Positions 56,716 through 64,000 of a stretch of DNA of 64,000 nucleotides are shown here, one piece after another. The DNA lies in the sequence record SRR20825019_1418, one strand, 5' to 3'. The first letter of the stretch is position 1. Each line of letters begins with the position of its first letter. The translations under genes were made by a program, and so were the position numbers. Below the pieces are notes generated by a model. That model was not told where the DNA came from. It saw only the letters and a program-made list of their open reading frames with translations, and made no database searches.

Positions 56716-58002
56716 ATGACATCTGACGCACCCGAAGCCGGCAAAACCTTCTTCAAGGATCTCAACCTTGACCAGCGAGTGCTCGATGCCATCACCGATA
56801 TCGGTTTTGAGCATTGCACACCCATCCAGGCAGAGACTCTTCCGTTCACCCTGGCGTGCCAGGACCTGATCGGCCAGGCTCAAACTGGCACCGGTAAAAC
56901 CGCCGCATTCCTGATCACTGCTATCCAGAGCATGCTGGAAACGCCGATTCCGAAAGAGGACCGGTTCGCCTCGGAACCCCGGGTTCTGGCCCTGGCGCCA
57001 ACCCGTGAACTGGCCATGCAGATCGCCAAGGACGCCGAGCAACTATGCGGCTACACGGGCCATAATGTGGTCACCGTGGTGGGTGGTATGAACTACGATA
57101 AACAGCGCGATCAGCTCCAGAACGAGATCGTTGACATACTGGTGGCAACCCCGGGCCGGCTGATTGATTTCCTGGGCTCTCAGGACGTTTTTCTCGACCA
57201 GCTCGACATCCTGATCCTGGATGAAGCGGATCGGATGCTGGACATGGGCTTTATTCCTGATGTGAAGCGCATTATCCGCAAGTGCACGCCAAAGGAAGAG
57301 CGTCAGACCTTGCTGTTCAGCGCCACCTTTAACCAGGACGTCCTCAACCTCGCCTCGATGTGGACCAAAAGTGCGGAATTCGTCGAGATCGAACCGGAAC
57401 AGAAGACCGCCGAGCGAGTTAAGCAGACTGTCTACCTGGTGGGCGAGGATGAAAAACTGCCGGTACTGGTCAACTATCTTCAGCGCCCCGAGGTGGAAAA
57501 AGCCATCGTCTTTGCGAACCGTCGTGACCAGTGTCGTGACCTGGATGAGGACCTTCGCAACCAGGGCGTAAAGGTCGCGCTGATGTCAGGGGAAATCGCC
57601 CAGAACAAGCGGCTGAAGACATTGGAACAGTTCAAGAATGGCAGCATTCAGGTGCTGGTTGCCACGGATGTCGCCGGTCGTGGTATCCACGTTGACGGTG
57701 TAACCCACGTATTCAACTATAATCTGCCGGACAACGCTGAGGATTACGTTCACCGTATCGGACGCACCGGTCGGGCAGGGAAGCACGGTGTCTCTGTCAG
57801 CTTTGCCAGTGAGGACGATGCCTTTTCACTGCCGGCTATCGAGTCCTACATCAGCCAGAAACTGACCACGGCGGTGCCGGATGAAGCGCTGATGACCGAA
57901 CTCGCCAAACCGCCAATCACTCGCAAGCGTGGTGGCCGGCGTCCCCAGGGCAACCGCAGCCAGGGTGGACGTGGCGGAAACCAGCGTCAACGCAGGAACT
58001 AA
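56716..58002 (+). CDS. rhlB: DEAD-box RNA helicase RhlB
   Basis: CTPIQAETLP, AQTGTGKT, DEAD and HRIGRTGR; RG-rich tail. Confidence 0.85.
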   Translation: MTSDAPEAGKTFFKDLNLDQRVLDAITDIGFEHCTPIQAETLPFTLACQDLIGQAQTGTGKTAAFLITAIQSMLETPIPKEDRFASEPRVLALAPTRELAMQIAKDAEQLCGYTGHNVVTVVGGMNYDKQRDQLQNEIVDILVATPGRLIDFLGSQDVFLDQLDILILDEADRMLDMGFIPDVKRIIRKCTPKEERQTLLFSATFNQDVLNLASMWTKSAEFVEIEPEQKTAERVKQTVYLVGEDEKLPVLVNYLQRPEVEKAIVFANRRDQCRDLDEDLRNQGVKVALMSGEIAQNKRLKTLEQFKNGSIQVLVATDVAGRGIHVDGVTHVFNYNLPDNAEDYVHRIGRTGRAGKHGVSVSFASEDDAFSLPAIESYISQKLTTAVPDEALMTELAKPPITRKRGGRRPQGNRSQGGRGGNQRQRRN

Positions 58003-58021
58003 CAGGTTGGGAAGCAGGATC

Positions 58022-59176
58022 ATGCGGATAGTAGCGGATGAGAACATACCCTTACTGGAATCGTTTTTTGGCGATATCGGCGAGATACGACCAGTGTCCG
58101 GGCGCACGATGTCTGCTGCGGATGTTCAGAATGCGGATATCCTGCTGGTTCGTTCAGTCACCCGGGTCAATCAGGCATTGCTTGAAGGAAGCCGGGTCCG
58201 CTTCGTTGGGACCTGTACCATCGGTACCGACCATGTTGATCAGAAATGGCTTGAATCCAGTGGGATCGCGTTTTCGGCGGCGCCCGGCTGCAACGCCAAC
58301 AGTGTGGTTGAGTACGTGCTGTCAGTGATCTCACTGCACGCGGAAAAGCGTGGCGTGGCGGATTGGTCAAAACTCAGTGTTGGTATCGTGGGTGCCGGCA
58401 ATGTGGGTGGAGAGCTTGCACACAAGCTGGACAGGCTCGGTTTCAATGTGCGCCTTTGTGACCCGCCAAGGGCCGAACGGGAAGGCGACGAAGGCGAGGA
58501 ATTTGTCAGTCTTGACGAGGCCATGGCGTGCGACGTGGTAACACTGCACACGCCACTGACCCGCGAGGGAGAGCATGCAACGCTTCATATGTTCGGGCAG
58601 GAACGATTGTCTTCGTTGACTGAAGACCAGTTGCTGATCAATACCAGTCGGGGCGAAGTTATTGAAACCTCCTCCTTGCTGGCGCGTCTGGAAGCGCCAA
58701 ACGCGCCTACAGTGGTACTGGATGTCTTTGAGCATGAGCCCCGGGTTAACGCTGAACTGGTGGAAAAAGTATGGCTTGTCACTCCCCATATCGCAGGCTA
58801 TAGCCTGGAGGGCAAGGTGCAGGGTAGTGAGGTGGTGTACCAGGCGCTGAGTCGCTATATGGGACTGCCCGCCCGCAAGAAGGCTGGTCAGTTCCTGCCA
58901 GAACCAGCGTTGAGCAAACTCTCTTTTACCAGTGCTGCAGAAGAAATGGCGTCAGCCAATATTGCCATACGGTCCTGCTACGATCCGCGCCAGGATGACG
59001 CTCGCATGCGGCTGGCAATGGCGTTGCCGCCGGAGGATCGGGCGCAGGCCTTTGACCGGTTGCGCCGGGATTATCCGGTCCGGCGGGAGTTTTCCAGTTT
59101 GAAGATCCAGCTCAAGGGCACCAGTAAATCCATGCAGGATACTTTCCGGGCCCTTGGCTTCAAGCTGAAGCTCTGA
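58022..59176 (+). CDS. pdxB: Erythronate-4-phosphate dehydrogenase
   Basis: MRIVADENIP, LLVRSVTRV, APGCNA and TPHIAGYS motifs. Confidence 0.93.
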   Translation: MRIVADENIPLLESFFGDIGEIRPVSGRTMSAADVQNADILLVRSVTRVNQALLEGSRVRFVGTCTIGTDHVDQKWLESSGIAFSAAPGCNANSVVEYVLSVISLHAEKRGVADWSKLSVGIVGAGNVGGELAHKLDRLGFNVRLCDPPRAEREGDEGEEFVSLDEAMACDVVTLHTPLTREGEHATLHMFGQERLSSLTEDQLLINTSRGEVIETSSLLARLEAPNAPTVVLDVFEHEPRVNAELVEKVWLVTPHIAGYSLEGKVQGSEVVYQALSRYMGLPARKKAGQFLPEPALSKLSFTSAAEEMASANIAIRSCYDPRQDDARMRLAMALPPEDRAQAFDRLRRDYPVRREFSSLKIQLKGTSKSMQDTFRALGFKLKL

Positions 59177-59206
59177 CGTTCCTTCGAACGCGTCTGTTCG
59201 CGCCGA

Positions 59207-60088
59207 TTACAGCTGCGCGCTCTTCAGAGCCTCGATCCGGCTGTCCAGCGGCGGGTGTGTCATGAACAGGGCGCTGATGCCCGCCCTTGCACCTCGATTG
59301 ATGCCAAACGCCTGCAGGCTGTCGGGCATTTGATCAGGCACTTCGCTTTCCTGTTTCAGCCGCGCCAGGGCGTTGATCATGGCGCCACGGCCTGCCAGTT
59401 GCGCGCCAGCGATGTCGGCACGGTATTCCCGGCGACGCGAGAACCAGAACACAATGGTACTGGCAAGAATGCCCAGCACGATTTCCGCCACGATACTGAC
59501 CACGAAGAAGCCGATACCATGCCCGCTTTCGTTCTTGAACACCACGCGGTCAACAAACGAGCCGATCACGCGGGACGCAAAAATCACGAACGTGTTCACC
59601 ACACCCTGAATCAGCGCCAGGGTTACCATGTCGCCGTTGGCCACGTGGCCTATTTCGTGGCCCAGGACCGCACGAATTTCCTCCTTGTTAAAGCGGTGCA
59701 GCAGCCCCTCGCTGACGGCTACCAGCGAGTTGTTCTTGTTCCAGCCGGTGGCAAAAGCATTGGATTGTGAAGCCGGGAAAATGGCGACTTCCGGCATACC
59801 GATGCCGGCATTTTCTGAAAGCTCGCGAACGGTGTCTACCAGCCAGCGCTCAGCCGGCGTACGCGGCGACTCGATCACCTTTGCCTTGGTGCTCCACTTA
59901 GCCACGGGCTTGGAAATCAGCAGCGATACAATGGCGCCGGCGAAGCCGAAGACCGCAGCGAAGGCAAGCAGCGAACCGTACTGGATACCGTTCTGGGCGA
60001 GATAGCTGTCAACACCCAGAAGTTTCAGGGTAAAACTGGCGACAAGAATGACGGCCAGGTTGGTGGCAAGAAACAGCAGAATACGCAT
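59207..60088 (-). CDS. htpX: Zinc metalloprotease HtpX
   Basis: [21 protein letters not shown] and THPPL motifs. Confidence 0.95.
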   Translation of the reverse strand: MRILLFLATNLAVILVASFTLKLLGVDSYLAQNGIQYGSLLAFAAVFGFAGAIVSLLISKPVAKWSTKAKVIESPRTPAERWLVDTVRELSENAGIGMPEVAIFPASQSNAFATGWNKNNSLVAVSEGLLHRFNKEEIRAVLGHEIGHVANGDMVTLALIQGVVNTFVIFASRVIGSFVDRVVFKNESGHGIGFFVVSIVAEIVLGILASTIVFWFSRRREYRADIAGAQLAGRGAMINALARLKQESEVPDQMPDSLQAFGINRGARAGISALFMTHPPLDSRIEALKSAQL

Positions 60089-60185
60089 CTTGAATCCCTT
60101 GTTGAATCGTCGGCCGCAGACCGCGGTTTGTGTCTGGGTATTTATATGTGGCCAGTGTGGCCATGTTCAACAGGTTTACGCCAAT

Positions 60186-60650
60186 TTAATGATCGGACCG
60201 GTCGCGAAAGAACGTCGCCTGCATTACGCGGCTGATTTTTGCGGAGCTACCGCTTCGGAGGGCGTTGCGAAGCATGTGTATGTGCGTGGAAAAATCCTCG
60301 CGGATAGCCGGTGGCAGGTCCTGGCTGCTGTCAGCGTTGTTTTCTTCATGCAGATCTGGGCTGGCAGGCGAACTCAGGCGCACGAACGCCCGCTGGGTCA
60401 GCACGGCCTGGTCCAAGGCTTCCTGGCGGATGGTATCCACGTAGCGGAGCAGGCCTTCCTCAGCTAACCAGAGCAGGGTGCCGAAGCAGGCCATGTGCCG
60501 CTTGCTGTGGAGCCCGAACTCGTCTGGTTCGTCGGGGCCAGCAATGTCTTCCACAAACAGGTTGACCCGGCGGGGAAAGGCATTGTAGAGCTGAACCAGG
60601 GCGATTGCGGCGTCCTTGTAGAACTCTTCGATATGAATGTCCGCCATCAA
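60186..60650 (-). CDS. Conserved hypothetical protein
   Basis: Host-like coding ORF (MADIHIEEFYKD...DEFGL) immediately downstream of alaA. Confidence 0.7.
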   Translation of the reverse strand: MMADIHIEEFYKDAAIALVQLYNAFPRRVNLFVEDIAGPDEPDEFGLHSKRHMACFGTLLWLAEEGLLRYVDTIRQEALDQAVLTQRAFVRLSSPASPDLHEENNADSSQDLPPAIREDFSTHIHMLRNALRSGSSAKISRVMQATFFRDRSDH

Positions 60651-60657
60651 GCCCCCT

Positions 60658-61872
60658 TCACAACTGGTAAGACGACAGGAAGTGTGCCAAACGCTTCATG
60701 GCATCCTCAAGGGCGTCCTCGCGGGGTAGGAAGACCACGCGCAGGTGTTGCTTGTCGTCGATGTTGAAGGCGGAACCCTGAACCAGGAGGATGCGCTCCT
60801 GCAGCAGCAGGTCCAGTACCAGCTTTTCGTCATTGACGATGGGGAAGCGCTTCGGGTCCAGCTTTGGAAACAGATATAGAGCGCCTTTGGGCTTCACACA
60901 GCTGACGCCTGGAATATCATTGAGCAGGTTCCAGGCGGTTTCCCGTTGTTCGAACAGGCGACCGCCCGGTGCCACCAGGTCTTCGATTGACTGGTAGCCC
61001 CCAAGTGCGGTCTGGATGGCCAGCTGTGCCGGTACGTTGGCACACAGCCGCATGTTGGAGAGCATTTCGATGCCCTCGATCAGGTCCCGCGCGCGGTGTT
61101 TGGCGCCGCTGATAATCATCCAGCCGGAACGGTAACCGGCGGCACGATAGTTCTTGGACAGGCCGTTATAGGTAAAGAACAGCACGTCATCCGCCAGTGA
61201 CGCGGTGGGGACGTGTTCAGTGCCGTCGTACAGGATTTTGTCGTAGATCTCATCTGACAGCACGATCAGGTTGTGCTGCCGCGCCAGTTCCACCACCTGT
61301 TCCAGCAATTCGCGGGAGTACACGGCGCCGGTGGGGTTGTTGGGGTTGATAAGCACGATAGCCCGGGTGCGGCGGGTGATTTTCTTGCGGATATCGTCGA
61401 TATCCGGGAACCAGTCCTGTTGCTCGTCGCATCGGTAGTGAACCGGCTTGCCACTGGACAGGGTCACGGCGGCCGTCCAGAGCGGATAGTCAGGGGCCGG
61501 GATCAGAACCTCGTCGCCGGTATTGAGCATGGCCTGCATGGACATCACGATCATTTCGCTGACGCCGTTGCCCAGGTAGATATCGTCGATATCCACCTTG
61601 TCGATGCCACGTTGCTGGCAATAGTGCATCACCGCCTTACGCGCAGAGAACAACCCCTTTGATTCCACATACCCCTGGGCCAGGGGCATGTTGTGAATAA
61701 CGTCCTGCTGGATTTCCTCGGGAACGTCCAGTTCGAAAGCCGCTGGGTTGCCGATATTGAGCTTGAGAACCCGGTGGCCCTCTTCCTCCAGCCGACGGGC
61801 TTCACGCAGAACCACGCCACGTATCTCGTAACACACGTTATCCAGCTTGGCGGATTTGAGATAGTTCTGCAT
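60658..61872 (-). CDS. alaA: Glutamate-pyruvate aminotransferase AlaA
   Basis: KLDNVCYEIRG, LNIGNP, INPNNPTG and GLSKNYRAAGYRSGW motifs. Confidence 0.9.
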   Translation of the reverse strand: MQNYLKSAKLDNVCYEIRGVVLREARRLEEEGHRVLKLNIGNPAAFELDVPEEIQQDVIHNMPLAQGYVESKGLFSARKAVMHYCQQRGIDKVDIDDIYLGNGVSEMIVMSMQAMLNTGDEVLIPAPDYPLWTAAVTLSSGKPVHYRCDEQQDWFPDIDDIRKKITRRTRAIVLINPNNPTGAVYSRELLEQVVELARQHNLIVLSDEIYDKILYDGTEHVPTASLADDVLFFTYNGLSKNYRAAGYRSGWMIISGAKHRARDLIEGIEMLSNMRLCANVPAQLAIQTALGGYQSIEDLVAPGGRLFEQRETAWNLLNDIPGVSCVKPKGALYLFPKLDPKRFPIVNDEKLVLDLLLQERILLVQGSAFNIDDKQHLRVVFLPREDALEDAMKRLAHFLSSYQL

Positions 61873-62112
61873 AAGCCCGGTATTTCCTTAGATCGGTAAG
61901 ATGACAAGTGCCATGTTTCAAAGACAAGTCTGTATTCTAGCGGAGCAACGGCCGGCGGCAACAGGCCAATTGTGATGAATTGTGGCACAAATGCGGAGAT
62001 TTAACGCCCAAAGCTCACAGATTCCATGAACTGAGCGTGGCAACCGTGACGGAATCAGTTGTAAATAGGGTTGTGCAAAATATAATAGCGAAAAATACAA
62101 GGGAGGAATGTA

Positions 62113-62598
62113 ATGAGCACCCAAAGCATCTACGACTTTAACGCGGCCGATATTCGCGGTGAGGAGCATTCCCTGGATGAGTTCCGTGGCAAAGTTCTGT
62201 TGATCGTAAACACGGCCAGCAAATGCGGTTTCACTCCCCAGTTTGAGGGTTTGCAGTCCCTGTACGTCGAGCTGAAAGAAAAAGGCCTCGAAGTGCTCGG
62301 TTTCCCCTGCAACCAGTTCCGGAATCAGGACCCGGCGGACGACAAGGCCATCAGCGAATTCTGTAGCCTTAGCTACGGCGTGGACTTTCCCATGTTCGCA
62401 AAGATTGACGTCAACGGCCCTAATGCCCACCCGCTGTTTGAGTACCTGAAGCACAGTGCCAAAGGGCTGTTGGGATCGGAAGCTGTAAAATGGAACTTCA
62501 CCAAGTTCCTGGTGAATCGTGAGGGTGAAGTGGTGCGTCGTTACCCGCCGACCACCAAGCCGTCTGCCATTCGCGCCGACATTGAAGCGTTACTGTGA
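62113..62598 (+). CDS. Glutathione peroxidase (Cys-type)
   Basis: VNTASKCGFTPQ, FPCNQF and WNFTKFL motifs. Confidence 0.93.
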   Translation: MSTQSIYDFNAADIRGEEHSLDEFRGKVLLIVNTASKCGFTPQFEGLQSLYVELKEKGLEVLGFPCNQFRNQDPADDKAISEFCSLSYGVDFPMFAKIDVNGPNAHPLFEYLKHSAKGLLGSEAVKWNFTKFLVNREGEVVRRYPPTTKPSAIRADIEALL

Positions 62599-62601
62599 AC
62601 C

Positions 62602-63072
62602 ATGACTGACGAAGACGACGTCCTGGCGCTGGATAATCAGCTCTGTTTTGCCCTCTACGCCGCCAACCGGGCAATAACCGCCCGCTATCGTCCGCTGCTG
62701 GCGGAACTGAATCTGACCTATCCGCAGTATCTGGTCATGTTGGTGTTGTGGGAAGCCGGGGAGAACGGACAGACGGTCAGGGTGTCTGACCTGGGTAAAC
62801 GACTGCGCCTGGATTCCGGAACCCTGACGCCGCTGCTCAAACGTCTGGCTGAGCGTGATCTGGTCACCCGTTTGCGGGATACCACCGATGAGCGAGTGGT
62901 TACGGTCGCCCCCACTGAGAAGGGCAGTGCCATGCGCCAGCAGGCTCGGGACATTCCCGGCCGCCTGCTGTGTGGTACGGGCATTGATCAGGAGCGCATT
63001 GTGGAATTGAGGGAAGAGCTGCGATCTGTCCTCAGTCTTCTGGAGGCTGGGGAGGCGCCCAGCGGTCAATAA
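62602..63072 (+). CDS. MarR-family peroxide sensor (OhrR/OspR-like)
   Basis: LDNQLCFALY, LTYPQYLVM and LDSGTLTPLLKRL motifs. Confidence 0.9.
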   Translation: MTDEDDVLALDNQLCFALYAANRAITARYRPLLAELNLTYPQYLVMLVLWEAGENGQTVRVSDLGKRLRLDSGTLTPLLKRLAERDLVTRLRDTTDERVVTVAPTEKGSAMRQQARDIPGRLLCGTGIDQERIVELREELRSVLSLLEAGEAPSGQ

Positions 63073-64000
63073 TGGATTTCAGGTCGGCACGATTGTAAGG
63101 TTTGGTGATGTAGTCATTCATGCCGGACTCGAGGCAGTCGTCCCGGTCTCCCTGCATGACGTTGGCGGTGACCGCGATCACTGGCAGATCCTGCCACTCA
63201 GGGTTTTCACGAATGTTGCGGGTGGCCTCATAGCCGTCCATCACCGGCATTTGGCAATCCATCAGTACAATATCGAATCTCCTTTCGCCTTGCTGCAAGG
63301 CTTCCAGTGCCTGCTTGCCGTTTTCGGCCAGGGTGACGGTGTGGCCCAGCTTTTTCAGCATGCTGCTGGCGACCACCTGATTTACCTGATTGTCTTCGAC
63401 CAGAAGAAGATTCAGCGTGCGTGACACGCCAGCCGGGGTTGCGATGATTCTTGCCCTGTCCCCGATGTCCAGCCCAGCGGCCCTGCACAGTGTTCGGTAC
63501 AACTGCTCACGTCTGAGTGGCATCGACAGTATCTGACGATCTTTGGTGGGATGGGCGGAGCCGTCCCGGTCCACCAGAATAATGCCGGTGCCGGACCAGG
63601 ACGATGCCAGTTGTGCCGCGGTCTCGTCGCTTTCGTTGGCGGCGATCATCAGAATTCCCTCTCCGTCGGGTGCCGCTTCGCGCAGTGGAATGCCCCAGGC
63701 TCTCAGTTGATGCTCGATGGGCGTGCGGTGCGGATAGTCCCGGGGCATCCCGATATCGACACCTACCTGCTGAAGTAGGCTTGGAATAGCCGGCATCGAC
63801 GGTTGGCTCTCCTGCTCATCGTGAACCGGCAGGGGCAGGTTCACAGTGAAGTGTGTGCCTTCGTGCTCCTCGGAATCTACCAGGATCTGGCCATGCATCC
63901 GCTCCACCAGTTGACGACACAGTGTCAGGCCCAGGCCAGTGCCGCCATAGAGCCGGGTAGTGTCACTGTCAGCCTGTGAGAAGGGTGAGAATATCCTGTG
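63032..64000 (-). CDS. Hybrid sensor histidine kinase/response regulator (5' end outside the window)
   Basis: Frame open to the window end: FSPFSQADSDTTRLYGGTGLGL (G2 box); receiver motifs LLVEDNQVNQ, LMDCQMPVMDG and YITKP. Confidence 0.9.
   Translation of the reverse strand, partial: HRIFSPFSQADSDTTRLYGGTGLGLTLCRQLVERMHGQILVDSEEHEGTHFTVNLPLPVHDEQESQPSMPAIPSLLQQVGVDIGMPRDYPHRTPIEHQLRAWGIPLREAAPDGEGILMIAANESDETAAQLASSWSGTGIILVDRDGSAHPTKDRQILSMPLRREQLYRTLCRAAGLDIGDRARIIATPAGVSRTLNLLLVEDNQVNQVVASSMLKKLGHTVTLAENGKQALEALQQGERRFDIVLMDCQMPVMDGYEATRNIRENPEWQDLPVIAVTANVMQGDRDDCLESGMNDYITKPYNRADLKSIIDRWAPPQPPED

Noticed and set aside
62113-62598. Selenocysteine glutathione peroxidase
   Set aside because: The catalytic codon is TGC (Cys) and there is no in-frame TGA
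1-64000. rRNA, tRNA, CRISPR array, prophage or intact transposase/integrase
   Set aside because: None recognised by eye; intergenic regions are short. tRNAscan-SE and Infernal would be needed to exclude small RNAs

Overview
Chromosomal window from a GC-rich gammaproteobacterium; gene content and order suggest Marinobacter (inference). All family assignments come from motif recognition, not database searches. Left end: the start of a maltose/alpha-glucoside operon (malK, GH13 alpha-glucosidase) whose promoter carries MalT boxes; malT itself lies about 27 kb downstream. 2.5-24.3 kb holds the most interesting region, a 16-gene envelope cluster of unknown function. It combines an ApbE flavin transferase, a Tat-exported DUF1501-like enzyme, three c-type heme proteins (one HzsA-like), two small outer-membrane barrels, a TlpA/DUF4266/DUF3570 module, and a TPR-ExbB-ExbD-ExbD-TonB-like module resembling the ancestral core of the Myxococcus Agl-Glt machinery. 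One of its two ExbD subunits has Asn in place of the conserved membrane Asp. Next come an integrase-less integron cassette remnant (GFA gene, attC, inverted yefM-yoeB), an IS3 scar, and a filBCDE-like module without a filA subunit. The rest is mostly housekeeping: ttcA, ccoNOQP-ccoGHIS with an FNR box, a 7TM GGDEF protein, rlmM, tusA, dsbD, epmC, rhlB, pdxB, htpX, alaA, gpx-MarR and a partial hybrid kinase. No rRNA, tRNA or CRISPR array was seen.
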